A stretch of DNA of 64,000 bases, from positions 47,180 to 111,179 of the IMG/VR virus record IMGVR_UViG_3300045049_000234. One strand, written 5' to 3'. The first letter of the stretch is position 1, and every line of letters starts with the position of its first letter. The position numbers and the translations under genes were made by a program. The notes under the pieces are model-generated. The model was not told the DNA's origin. It was given only the letters and a program-made list of their open reading frames with translations, and made no database searches. Below, piece after piece: positions 26,025 through 36,275 of this stretch. The DNA comes from a virus.

Positions 26025-26512
26025 CGGCCGGTGACGACGGGGACCAAGCCCCGGCGACACTGGAGAAGGCCATTGAGGACGCCGTGCGGGCGGCGATCGA
26101 CCGCAACCCCGAAGGCGTGCGGGACGCGGTGATGCGCGCCACCGAGGAGAGTTTCCCCGCTGGTCTGGGCTACGCGTGCTTCTCGTGGGCGCGCATCGCG
26201 GCGGCGGCGATCGTCGGTTCCCCGGAACAACTGGAGGAGTACACCGCCAGGGGCATGAGCGCGGGAGTCCAGTTCGCCGACGGTGACGGCGCGATCATGA
26301 ACGCGGAGGACACCCATCCGGCGGTCCGGTTCGTCGGCCGGATGGTGGCGTGCGCGCTGAACGACGACCACCGCGCGGCCATCGACGTGTGGGCGACGCT
26401 GGACGACGACGTGCGCGCCCAGGCGTGCGTGGAGATGGTCAACTTCGCCGCGTCCATGATAGTCCGGCGCGCGCTGGTCGATATGAACGGGACGCCGGGC
26501 AGGCTAATGTAA
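26021..26512 (+). CDS. Hypothetical protein
   Basis: 4-nt overlap with the vWA gene. Confidence 0.65.
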   Translation: MTAGDDGDQAPATLEKAIEDAVRAAIDRNPEGVRDAVMRATEESFPAGLGYACFSWARIAAAAIVGSPEQLEEYTARGMSAGVQFADGDGAIMNAEDTHPAVRFVGRMVACALNDDHRAAIDVWATLDDDVRAQACVEMVNFAASMIVRRALVDMNGTPGRLM

Positions 26513-26517
26513 GGCGC

Positions 26518-27099
26518 ATGGCGACGTTCCTGGGGTATGAAACCCTGCGGCTTGACGAACTGATCCCGTTCCCCGGCAACGCCCGGCGCGGCGACGTGGA
26601 CAAGATCCGCGAGTCCATCCGTGCGCACGACCAGTACCGTTCACTGGTCGTGCGCCGGACTCCCGGCGGCGATGTGATCCTGGCGGGCAACCACACAGCC
26701 CAAGCGTTGATCGCCGAAGGGCGCGCGGACGCGCGGTGCGAGGTGTTGGAATGCTCCGAATCCGACGCCATCAAAATCAACCTCATGGACAACAAAGGTT
26801 CCGACGACGCCACGAACGATGACGACGCGCTGGGCGCGTTGCTGTCAGAACTGGACGGCGACTATTTCGGCACCGGTTTCGACGAAGACGAAGCGAACAC
26901 GATCTTGGCGGCGCTCACCGCCGAGGAGTTGGCCACTACCGGCGGTGGCGACATGAACCCGTTCATCGGGGACGCCCCCGTGGACGAAATGCGCACCTCG
27001 TGGGGCGTCGTCGTCACCTGCCGGGATGAACTTCAGCAGGTCGAACTCCTCCAGCGGTTCACGGCCGAAGGGCTGTCCGTCCGCGCACTCGTGGCTTAG
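26518..27099 (+). CDS. ParB/Srx-like N-terminal domain protein
   Basis: LDELIPFPGNARRGDVDKIRESI...LVVR...VILAGNHT...DN. Confidence 0.82.
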   Translation: MATFLGYETLRLDELIPFPGNARRGDVDKIRESIRAHDQYRSLVVRRTPGGDVILAGNHTAQALIAEGRADARCEVLECSESDAIKINLMDNKGSDDATNDDDALGALLSELDGDYFGTGFDEDEANTILAALTAEELATTGGGDMNPFIGDAPVDEMRTSWGVVVTCRDELQQVELLQRFTAEGLSVRALVA

Positions 27100-27107
27100 G
27101 AGCCGCC

Positions 27108-28202
27108 ATGGAATTCGATGTCACCGTAACCACCCCCGTGGCGTCCAGCCCTCGGTTGATGCAGGTGAGCAGCTTGTTCGACGTGCCGTTGGAAGAAAAG
27201 GCCACTAATTCGTGGCACGTGCGCATGCCGATCGGCGAACGACAGTGGGCGGTCGGTCTGATCACCGGGCCGTCCGGTTCCGGCAAAACCTCGGTGGCCC
27301 GCCACGTGTGGCCGGACGCGGTCGCCCGCGTGCCGACGTGGTCGCCCACGGACGCGTTGGTGGACGGCTTCCCGGCCGGTATGTCGATCAAGGACATCAC
27401 GGGCATGCTCACCGGCGTGGGATTGTCGTCCACCCCGGCATGGTTGCGCCCTTATCACACGCTTTCGAACGGCGAGATGTTCCGCGCCGACGTGGCGCGT
27501 ACGTTGGCTGACACGCCTTCCGGATCGTTGTGCGTGATCGACGAATTCACCAGTTTCGTGGATCGGCAGGTGGCCCGCGTAGCGTCGCACACCACGCAGA
27601 AAGTGGTGCGCCGCACTGACCGCCAGCTCGTAGCGGTCACGTGCCATTACGACGTGATCGACTGGCTACAGCCCGATTGGGTCTTGGACATGGCGGACGG
27701 CTCGTTCACCTGGAGGTCGGTTCAACCCCGCCCCAGGATCGACCTCAGCATTCACCGGGTCGGCCGCGAAACGTGGTCCGTGTTTGCACGTCATCACTAT
27801 CTGAGCAGTTTCCTGTCTCCGGCGGCGCAATGTTTCGGCGCGTTCACCGACACCGGGGCCATGGTGGCGTTCACGTCATACTTGCACTTCCCACACCCCA
27901 ACACCAAGAACCTGAAAATGGCGCATCGCATCGTGGTGTTGCCGGACTATCAAGGGCTGGGGATCTCGTTGCCGTTGTCGCAATGGGTCGGCGAATACCT
28001 ATGGTCGCAGGGGAAGCGCTACCGGATCACCACGGCGCACCCGGCGATGATCAATGCCCTCGCGAGGTCGCCCCGCTGGCGCCACGTGTCGGAGCAAAAC
28101 ACCCACCGCAGCGTCCACGTGAAGACGTCCGCCATGCCTTCGAGGCACATGAACCCCCGGCACATGGGGACGCGGTCGTTCGAGTACTGCCCCATGGCCT
28201 AG
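27108..28202 (+). CDS. ABC-type ATPase fused to GNAT acetyltransferase
   Basis: GPSGSGKT, LSNGE, CVIDEFTS, VTCH; C-terminal FARHHYL...HRIVVLPDYQGLGI. Confidence 0.88.
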   Translation: MEFDVTVTTPVASSPRLMQVSSLFDVPLEEKATNSWHVRMPIGERQWAVGLITGPSGSGKTSVARHVWPDAVARVPTWSPTDALVDGFPAGMSIKDITGMLTGVGLSSTPAWLRPYHTLSNGEMFRADVARTLADTPSGSLCVIDEFTSFVDRQVARVASHTTQKVVRRTDRQLVAVTCHYDVIDWLQPDWVLDMADGSFTWRSVQPRPRIDLSIHRVGRETWSVFARHHYLSSFLSPAAQCFGAFTDTGAMVAFTSYLHFPHPNTKNLKMAHRIVVLPDYQGLGISLPLSQWVGEYLWSQGKRYRITTAHPAMINALARSPRWRHVSEQNTHRSVHVKTSAMPSRHMNPRHMGTRSFEYCPMA

Positions 28203-28250
28203 TGAAACGCGGTCCTCGCGGTGATCCTTTAAATTCCCAGGCGGAACAGC

Positions 28251-28279
28251 TTGACGGCGCTATCCCACGCGCGTATTGT
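28251..28279 (+). promoter_or_regulatory. Conserved phage promoter
   Basis: TTGACG-GCGCTATCCCACGCGCG-TATTGT. Confidence 0.7.
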
Positions 28280-28329
28280 TTGTGGTGAGGGAACGGAGAG
28301 GACCGGACCCCAAACACTAGGAGCCCGAC

Positions 28330-29259
28330 ATGGCCACGCAGATCACCTACACCGCCACCTACGACAACAACGGCACCGAGATCACCAAGACCCGCACCTC
28401 CCACCGCGCCTACACCCACGCGGCCGTGTACGACTACGGCAAGGGGGACGGCCCGTTCATCGGTTCGTTCCACGGCGACGCCGCGAACGCCGCGAAGGGC
28501 TCCATCTCCGGTATCAAGCCGATCGCCGTCGTGGAGGCGCACCCGGTCACGGACGCCCCCGCCGCCGACGTGGCCCCGGCGGACGCCCCGGTCGAGACCA
28601 AGACCACCCCGCAGGAGCTGTCCGACCGCGTGGACGCGGCTCACGCCGCCGCCGCCGCGAAGAAGGCCGCGCCGAAGAAGACCGCGAAGGTCGCCCCCAA
28701 GGCGAAGGCCGCGAAGACCGACGCCCCGGCCACCCCGTCGAAGGCCGACATCGAGAAGGCCGCCGCCGAACTGGCCGCCGAGGACGGCGAGAAGACCGAC
28801 GCGCCGACCAACGGTCACGCGGTGGTGGAATTCTTCGACCACCTGATCAACACGGACGCGGTGCACGCGACCACCGGCCGCAACTACCGGGGGATCTTCC
28901 GGAAGGTGATGGTCGGCGGCCACGCTCGCGGCCTGAACGCCGACGTCACGAAGATCAACGTGGAGAACGTGTGGGACCGCTACGCGGCGGCCACGCCGAC
29001 GCTGCTCGACTCGACCGCGAAGGTCTACCGGCAGTATTTCCTGCGGGCCGTGAAGCTGTTCCTGGACTACACCGCGAACCCGCAGGAGTGGACTCCCACC
29101 GGCCGCTCCGAGGCCCGGCGCCCGCGCCGCGCGCACCAGGAGTTCACGCTGGCCGACGGCACCACGCTGCGCGTGACCCACACCCCCGGTACCGACCTGA
29201 AGGCGGCGCTGGAGACGGCGCTGGCTTCGCTGGCCGCCCCCGCGCCCGCCGACGCGTGA
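28330..29259 (+). CDS. Protein with Ala/Lys/Pro-rich linker and helical C-terminal domain
   Basis: AGGAGCCC SD; AAKKAAPKKTAKVAPKAKAAK linker. Confidence 0.8.
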   Translation: MATQITYTATYDNNGTEITKTRTSHRAYTHAAVYDYGKGDGPFIGSFHGDAANAAKGSISGIKPIAVVEAHPVTDAPAADVAPADAPVETKTTPQELSDRVDAAHAAAAAKKAAPKKTAKVAPKAKAAKTDAPATPSKADIEKAAAELAAEDGEKTDAPTNGHAVVEFFDHLINTDAVHATTGRNYRGIFRKVMVGGHARGLNADVTKINVENVWDRYAAATPTLLDSTAKVYRQYFLRAVKLFLDYTANPQEWTPTGRSEARRPRRAHQEFTLADGTTLRVTHTPGTDLKAALETALASLAAPAPADA

Positions 29260-29317
29260 CGGCCACACCGCGCGCCGGATGATCACCGATCCGGCGCGCG
29301 GTGTGCTACGCTAGTGA

Positions 29318-29535
29318 CATCGCCCCGGGACCGCGACACGTGGACCGGGGCGAATGCCAAGCGCAACGCACCGAGAGGAACCCACCCCACCCCCTAGACT
29401 TCACAGATTCCGCCGTCGAGCGCCACGGTTGGGTTCCTCCGCGCTCCGGCGGGACGCCGTCCCGGTTTCCTCCATTCGCGGGACGGCACCCGATCACCCC
29501 CGGTTTGCACATGGTGCACCGGGGGTGATCGCTTT
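29318..29535 (+). ncRNA. Candidate structured small RNA
   Basis: Non-coding; upstream TGC-TACGCT extended -10; stems GAGGAACCC/GGGTTCCTC and terminal ATCACCCCCGG...CCGGGGGTGAT followed by CTTT. Confidence 0.45.
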
Positions 29536-29917
29536 GTAACCCCTTGATTATGCTAACCTATACGGGAGAACATCGCGCAGCTCAGCGCATGAAACAACCG
29601 GTGAGGAACCCCATGGACTCTGTCCCTTTCGTCGTGAAGTTGGTGGCCGCTGACGCCGTCGCGATGGCCATCTTGGTGCTGGTGATGGCGGCGTACGCGA
29701 TCGGCGCCCTGTGGTACGCCGTACGCCGCGTATGGGCACGCGTCCGGCTGGCGCGCGATGTGCGCAACCTGGAGTTCGGATCGTGCGACGGGTTGCCCCG
29801 GCGCCGCATCCGCTACCTGGTGGACGAGCTGTGGTCCATCGACGATCCGGCGCGCATGGACTGACGCGCACCGGCGCGTATGGTACGCTACGGCACCCGA
29901 GCGGAGGAGGAACCGCC

Positions 29918-30274
29918 ATGCCGCTGCCCATCAAGACAGCCGTCCGCATCGGCGGCGCGCACACCGTGCGCGCCGTGCTGGCCACCATGTCGTTCGCCGC
30001 CGACGACGTGTCCAACCTCGTCGGTCAGGACGTGGACCCGCTGATCCGGATCGACACCGCCCCGTCCGACGACGCCTACCCCGCCGCGCGGGTCGTCCTG
30101 ACGTTCTACTACGTGCCGCCCGCCGGTCCGCCGGTGCAGCACCACGTGGAGGTCGGTGTTCCCGGCTACATCTTGTGGGACGGTCACCGCCTGGACGCGG
30201 TGACGCCGCGCGCCTTCGCGCAGCAGTACGAGGTGGTCTCGCGCTACACCCCGCCGCCCCGCCATTTGGGTTGA
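29918..30274 (+). CDS. Hypothetical protein
   Basis: GGAGGAGGAACC SD. Confidence 0.7.
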   Translation: MPLPIKTAVRIGGAHTVRAVLATMSFAADDVSNLVGQDVDPLIRIDTAPSDDAYPAARVVLTFYYVPPAGPPVQHHVEVGVPGYILWDGHRLDAVTPRAFAQQYEVVSRYTPPPRHLG

Positions 30275-30299
30275 CCCTGCTAACACATCGGCGTACGAT
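30271..30299 (+). promoter_or_regulatory. Conserved phage promoter
   Basis: TTGACC-CTGCTAACACATCGGCG-TACGAT. Confidence 0.72.
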
Positions 30300-30595
30300 A
30301 GTCCCGTGCCGCGCGGAGGACCGGCACAGGAGGGAACCCCCGATGAAGGTCAAGATCACGGTGGTGATCGACGTGGACGACGACGCCTGGCGCTGCGAGT
30401 ATGGCACCGACGACGCCACCCCCGCCGGTCTGCGCGCCGACATCAAGAGCTATTTCGAGGGCGAGATCATGTCGAGCTACCCGGTCATGTCCGGGATCGC
30501 CCGCCGCGCCAGCACCACCACCCGCTAGAACACACCGACCGGCCGCACCGGAGCCCCACGCCCGGTGCGGCCACGTATACGGAGGAACCCGCCCC

Positions 30596-30955
30596 GTGGA
30601 CTTCTCGGCATTGGAACTGACGAACGAGGACAAGGATGCCTTGAACGCGTTCGCCGCCGCGTGCGTGCTCAAGGGCATGACGCCGGATCAGATCATCTTC
30701 GCGTTCAAGGCGACCAGGCCGCTCACGCTCCAGTTCGCCAAGCGGTACACGGAGCTGATCCACGACGCCATCGACGGCCTGGGCGCGCGCATCCACCAGA
30801 CGGACGACGTGTGGACGGCGGGATTCCTCGGCGGACTGGCCGCCGCGATGACCATCGTGGACCACGGCCCGGACGCCGCCGACCAGTACACCCCCGGGTT
30901 CATGGCCGAGGCGCGTGCCGCCATCCTGGCCAGCATGGGGGTCACGCAGCCGTGA
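30596..30955 (+). CDS. Hypothetical protein
   Basis: GGAGGAACCC SD before GTG. Confidence 0.65.
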   Translation: MDFSALELTNEDKDALNAFAAACVLKGMTPDQIIFAFKATRPLTLQFAKRYTELIHDAIDGLGARIHQTDDVWTAGFLGGLAAAMTIVDHGPDAADQYTPGFMAEARAAILASMGVTQP

Positions 30956-31572
30956 AGAAGCCGAAGATCCTCGACAAGGCGCGCGACGCCGGGATCGGCG
31001 TGCTGCGCACCTACGGCGACATCATCATGCGGTCCGGCATGGGCGGCCGATTCCCCCGGTTCGCGCACTACGCCCGCCGGTTCACTCCGATGATCCTCGT
31101 CGGCGCCGTCGCGTGGTCGTACATCCCGGTGCACGGCAACCCGATGTGGTGGCGCGCGGCGTCCGTCGTGTTCGTGTGGGCGATGGTCTATGCGCTGTGG
31201 AGCGGCTTGGCGCACACGGCCCGCTTGTGCGAGTACTGCATCCGCGAGTTCCCCGTCAACGGTTCCGAGTTGGCGGCGGCGCGCCGTGGACGGCTGCGTA
31301 TGTACCACCGGCACGGAAACAAGTGGCTGATCATCCCCATCGTGTGCGAGCTGGCGATCAACTACACCGGCCCGCACGTGGGACTGCGCGGGATGCCGCT
31401 GGTGGCCGCGTGGACGCCGTTCGGGCTCGCCTACGCCTGGGCGCTGTACCGCTACCACCTCACCCACGACCGGCTCCAGGCGTGGTGCCCCTACTGCCGC
31501 CACAACCGCCCCCCGGAGGACGCGCCGGAGCCGACGCCGGACCCGTCGCAGAATCGGCCGGTGCCCGCATGA
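30952..31572 (+). CDS. Multi-pass membrane protein
   Basis: Four hydrophobic segments; H..LCEYC and H..LQAWCPYC motifs. Confidence 0.7.
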   Translation: MKKPKILDKARDAGIGVLRTYGDIIMRSGMGGRFPRFAHYARRFTPMILVGAVAWSYIPVHGNPMWWRAASVVFVWAMVYALWSGLAHTARLCEYCIREFPVNGSELAAARRGRLRMYHRHGNKWLIIPIVCELAINYTGPHVGLRGMPLVAAWTPFGLAYAWALYRYHLTHDRLQAWCPYCRHNRPPEDAPEPTPDPSQNRPVPA

Positions 31573-32882
31573 AATCGGCGGCGGCGTGGATGGCGGCGGC
31601 CTTCGGGTTCTTCCTCGCGGAGGTCGGTACCGTGAAGATTCCGATGCCGACAGTCGCCCACGTCGTCGTCATGTCGTGGTGTTACTTCCTCATCATGGTG
31701 TGCGTGTGCGTGTCGAATGTCATCGTCGCGCGCACCGTCCGGCAACACGCCCGTATGACCGAGAACGATCTGGATACCGATGAATACGCTCACTGACATC
31801 CCGCCGACCGACACCGCCACGCTGCCGACGGTGCCGATCGAGTACACCCCCGCCGAACGGGTGTGGCAGGCGCTGCGCCACATCGAGGCCAACCCGGCGC
31901 AGTGGGATCAGGACAGTTGGACGCGATGCCTGGCCGGATGGACGCTGCGCCTGTCCGGGCGCAACGTCTACCGCATGCACTATGACGAGGTCTACCGGGA
32001 GTTTCGCCGGTTGACCGGACTGGGGCGCTGGCGCGCGAACGCGATCACCCGCGCCCGCAATGACCTGCCGACGCTGCGCCGCCTGACGCGCCGCTACTTC
32101 GGGGACGATCCGTGGCAGACGCCCCGTGGATGACGACACGCGCGCCAGGCGCATGGTCTCGGTGGCGATGGTGGTCTCGATGATGGTCGTGATCATCGCC
32201 AGTTCGGTGTTCGTCTGGATGGTCGCGTCCATCATCGGACTCGGGTTCCCGTGGCGGGAAGTGACGGCGCTGACCTGGGCGACGTGGCACGCCTACCACG
32301 CGCAGCGCGACATGGAGGAGTCCGGGTTCATGTGGCCGTGGCACGAGCAGTACCGTCGTCGTTGAATACGCTACGTTAGCGGACTTTCGAGGAGGTCCCC
32401 GTGTTCTGGCTCACCCGCAGGCCGAAGCCCACGCCGCCGCGCCGTCCCGCGCGGATCGGCCGTACCGCCGTGGCCGTACGGCCGCCGGTGGACCCGTCGC
32501 GGCGCCCCACGGCCATTCCCGCGCCCGGCGCGCCGTCCGTGGTCGTCTACGACGCCGGGACCGCATTCGACCCGGAACTGGCCGAAGGCGACACGGCGTT
32601 CTGCTCCGTCGGGTTCCGCATGTTTCTGACCTCCGCACTGCGCGAGATGGACGGCGCGTTCCGCCAAGGCGTGCACTACCGCGCCGGACTGCGCCAGGTG
32701 GAGAACGCCCGGCGCGCCGAACAGTGGGCGCGGCGCACCGCGCGCAACCAGGACGCCGCCGCGCACGCCGCCGGGGGGCTGACGCTGTCCACTTCCCCGC
32801 GCATCGCACAGACCATCGTGGCGCGCGCACTGCATGCCAGCGACGCCACGGCGGATACCGGTCTGCTCCCGGCGGTGGCGCC

Positions 32883-33185
32883 GTGACCCCCATCGAAAAC
32901 TGCCCGCACTGCGGCGTCAGCCTGCTGGGCGACCCGATCGACCCCGCGAAGGTGTACACCGAGGAGGAGTACGCGCTGCCGTGGCACGATCGCCCCGAAG
33001 GCAAGTACTACCCGCCCGGCTCCACCCACTTCAAGCGCACCATCGGCGTGGAGATCCAGGGCGTGTACGACGGCGTCTTGTTCTACAAGTGCCCCGACTG
33101 CAACGGCCGGTGGCACCGGTGGTCCATGGAAACCTGGCCGCAGCGCTACCGCGACGCCGAGCCGTACGTGAACGGGGAGAAGTGA
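32883..33185 (+). CDS. Small Zn-ribbon protein
   Basis: CPHC...GVYDGVLFYKCPDC. Confidence 0.7.
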   Translation: MTPIENCPHCGVSLLGDPIDPAKVYTEEEYALPWHDRPEGKYYPPGSTHFKRTIGVEIQGVYDGVLFYKCPDCNGRWHRWSMETWPQRYRDAEPYVNGEK

Positions 33186-33775
33186 GCGAGGAAGACCCCC
33201 GCGACACGGTCACGCGCATGGCCGACGCGCTTGACGCGATGCTCGCCGCCGACGATGCCAACACCCAGCGCATCGCAGAGCTGGAGGAGTACGTCAAGGA
33301 GCTGGAGGCGGACAACGTGCGGATGACCACCGGCCGCACCGCCGCCGAGGAACGCGTCAAGGATCTGACCACCGAGCTGCGCGGAGTGAAAAAGGTGCTC
33401 AGCGCGGCGGACAAGCAGCTTGCCGACATCCGCAAGAAGGAGATCGATCCGCTCGCCGAACAGGTCGCGCTGCTGAAAGCCGAGTTGGCCGCGATGCGCG
33501 AGGCGGCCGACACCGCCGATGCCAACGTGATCGCCTACCGGTTCCCGGTGCCGGGCGCGCCGGACATCGTAGTGCGGTGGCGCGGCGGCGCATGGTGGTC
33601 CGTCACGGACGGCCGCAACCACGTGTGGACGGTGGCGCATGGATGGCTTCCCGACACCGTGGAACTGCGTGCGGCACACCCCGAACAGGTGCGGTTCAGC
33701 CGTGCCGACGCATTGATGCACGCGCAGAACCTGATGGAGGCTGCGCGCCGGAAGAACCCTGAGAGGAACCCGTAA
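33182..33775 (+). CDS. Coiled-coil protein
   Basis: Heptad-rich N-terminal half; overlaps both neighbours. Confidence 0.7.
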   Translation: MSEEDPRDTVTRMADALDAMLAADDANTQRIAELEEYVKELEADNVRMTTGRTAAEERVKDLTTELRGVKKVLSAADKQLADIRKKEIDPLAEQVALLKAELAAMREAADTADANVIAYRFPVPGAPDIVVRWRGGAWWSVTDGRNHVWTVAHGWLPDTVELRAAHPEQVRFSRADALMHAQNLMEAARRKNPERNP

Positions 33776-34638
33776 TGCAGGTCGATGTGACGGATGAGTG
33801 CCGCGCGGGGGAGATCATGCGCGGCAACGTGGAACAGGCGGCGAAGGAGGTGATCGACGCCGTGGAGAGCGTCAGCGAGCTGCGCCTGCCCCCGGCGGTG
33901 AACGTGCGGCTGGTCTCGCCTCGATCCCTGCGCCAGGTCAACACGGAGCTGTTCGGCGCGATCTTCGCCACGATCGACCGGCGCCACCCGGAGCTGCCCG
34001 GCGATCAGGTGCAGGTCGCGCGCATCGCGGCCGGTGTCGTGTCCCGGCTGACCATGTCTATGTTCTGGCGCGGTATCGGCGGCCAGTACATCCCGAAGAT
34101 AGGCGACGCCCCGGCGCAGGTGCTGATCATGCCGAGGGCGCTGCGCCTGTCGCGCGCCACCGACCGCGAACTGCGTGTGATCCTGGCTCACGAACTGACC
34201 CACGGCGCACAGGACCGCGCGTGCCCGATGATGACCGTGGACGGCATCGCGCAGGTGATCGCGATCCCGACTAAGGACGTGCGCGCCGCGAAGTCGAAGC
34301 TGGCGCAGATCAGCCCCGTGATCGAAGGGCACGCGCAGTGGGTCCACCTGCGCGTGTGCAACGAGCTGTTCGGGTTGGACATGCGCGGGCGCGAGCACCG
34401 GTTCGACGGCAACGGCGCATGGTCGTACCGCATGTCCAAGGCGATGGCCCGGCACAACCCGGTGATGCGCGCCAAGGCGGGCGACTACGACAAGGGCGAG
34501 TACTTCATCGACTACTTGCATTCGGTCGGCGGCATGCGCATGGTCAACCGGCTGTGGCGCGGCCTGACCTCGATGCCCGACGCCACGGAGCTGACGGTCC
34601 CGGAGATGTGGGTCGATCGGGTGGCGCCTGATGCCTGA
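33775..34638 (+). CDS. Zincin-like metallopeptidase
   Basis: LAHELTHGAQ (HExxH), downstream VIEGHAQWV third ligand, YDKGEYFI. Confidence 0.82.
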   Translation: MQVDVTDECRAGEIMRGNVEQAAKEVIDAVESVSELRLPPAVNVRLVSPRSLRQVNTELFGAIFATIDRRHPELPGDQVQVARIAAGVVSRLTMSMFWRGIGGQYIPKIGDAPAQVLIMPRALRLSRATDRELRVILAHELTHGAQDRACPMMTVDGIAQVIAIPTKDVRAAKSKLAQISPVIEGHAQWVHLRVCNELFGLDMRGREHRFDGNGAWSYRMSKAMARHNPVMRAKAGDYDKGEYFIDYLHSVGGMRMVNRLWRGLTSMPDATELTVPEMWVDRVAPDA

Positions 34639-35597
34639 CCGCTCCCGCGCGGAGCTGCTGGCGATCCTGGCCGCGCAGGAACCGCACGACTACCGCGCCC
34701 GCGACCTGCCGTTCCCCGCCGTCGTGATGAACGCCCGGTGCCCCGGCTGCGGCGTCGTGTGGGACTACGACGAGGACGGCGACGGCTACGGCGTGTGGAC
34801 CGTGGACGGCGTCCTGTGGTGTTCGGCGGAGTGCTGGGTCAACAGGTACAGGACGCTGAACCGTGCGGTGAAAGAAGCCATCAAGGCGTTCATCACGCGG
34901 TCCCCGGAAGTGCCCGCCGACGCCGCGATTGGATCGATGCGCAACGCGATCATGAACGCGGCGTTCCCGACGGGAAAGGTCACGGGTGATGGTGGACCTG
35001 CTCAGTGACGCCGGACGCGCCGGGATCATCCGGCGCAACGCGGCATCGGAACGCCTGTATACCGACGAAGAGTTCGAGGCGGCGCGCCAGGCGTACATCC
35101 GTGAGAGGGGATCGGACCCGCTCATCGACGACACGGCGGTCACCGGCTGGCACAGCGGCACGTACCACCGCACCCGGTGGTGGTGGACGCCGCCATGGCA
35201 GCTCACCCGCCCGTGGCTGCCGTACATCGGCCGTTCCCGTCACGGCGACGAGTGGTGCAACTCAACACTCTTCATCATCCTGCCGTTCATGCTGGGCTCG
35301 CTGACGATCCGCTACGGACGCAAGCTACGCACCCGCGCGGACGGTTCGTGCGACGAGATCGTGGCGGGCAACGGGTACCCCAACTGCCCGCTGTGCGGCT
35401 TCGACCACTGGCCGTCCTGTGTGCCGCAGCGCATCGTGTGCGAACGCTGCGGGCGCAAGTTTGGCGACGTGGGCGACACCGGCAAGTTCGCCCGACAGGA
35501 CGGGCCACACACCCGGGACGGCTTCCTGTACTGCTCCGATAAGTGTGCTGACCACACCACGGCCAGCCTGCTGTAACCGATTGATGGAGGAACCCCT

Positions 35598-36275
35598 TTG
35601 AAGAAGATCATCATGGCGATCGTCGCCGCGCTCATGGCCGCGTCGGCGCTGACCGCCTGCACCAGCGGCACCACCGGCGGGAATCAGGACACGAACCCGG
35701 CGCCGACCCAGAACTCCGAGTGCCGTGGCTACACCTTCGACCCGCCGGGGTGCCCCGACTCCACGGCCAAGGCCGCGCCGCCGTCGGTGTCCACCGTCAA
35801 GGCCAACCCTCCGGCGACCAACCCCGGCGTGGGCCACGTGTCGGGCATCTGCCGCTTCAGCATCCAGAGCCCGAGCGGCGACAAGGGCGTCGAAGGATCG
35901 GGGCTGCGGCCCAAGAAGATGAACGAGACTCTGATCAACATCGTCGGTTTCGTCTACGGGTACTGCACCGACATCATCCACGACTTTACTCTGGACATGC
36001 ACATCTACGGCGGCCCGCCCGGGACCGCTCAGGGCGGCACCGACTTCACCAAGAACAAGCGCGCGCACGAACTGGTCTACCGGGAAGTGAAGACGCCGAT
36101 TCCCGGACCGATTCCCGTGCCGTACGCCATCACCATGCCGTGCGTGCCCGGACTGGAGATGCAGTTGATTTACACACTGACGGCTCGCGACGACCCGGGC
36201 AACTTCATCGGCGGCGGCCCGTACGGCGGCAACATCGTGTCGTTCACCCGCGAGCAGTGCGGCGCGGCGACATGA
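35598..36275 (+). CDS. Lipoprotein (paralog A)
   Basis: MKKIIMAIVAALMAASALTAC lipobox. Confidence 0.85.
   Translation: MKKIIMAIVAALMAASALTACTSGTTGGNQDTNPAPTQNSECRGYTFDPPGCPDSTAKAAPPSVSTVKANPPATNPGVGHVSGICRFSIQSPSGDKGVEGSGLRPKKMNETLINIVGFVYGYCTDIIHDFTLDMHIYGGPPGTAQGGTDFTKNKRAHELVYREVKTPIPGPIPVPYAITMPCVPGLEMQLIYTLTARDDPGNFIGGGPYGGNIVSFTREQCGAAT

Noticed and set aside
28330-29259. Integrase
   Set aside because: No catalytic R-H-R-Y domain; no integrase was recognised anywhere in the window.
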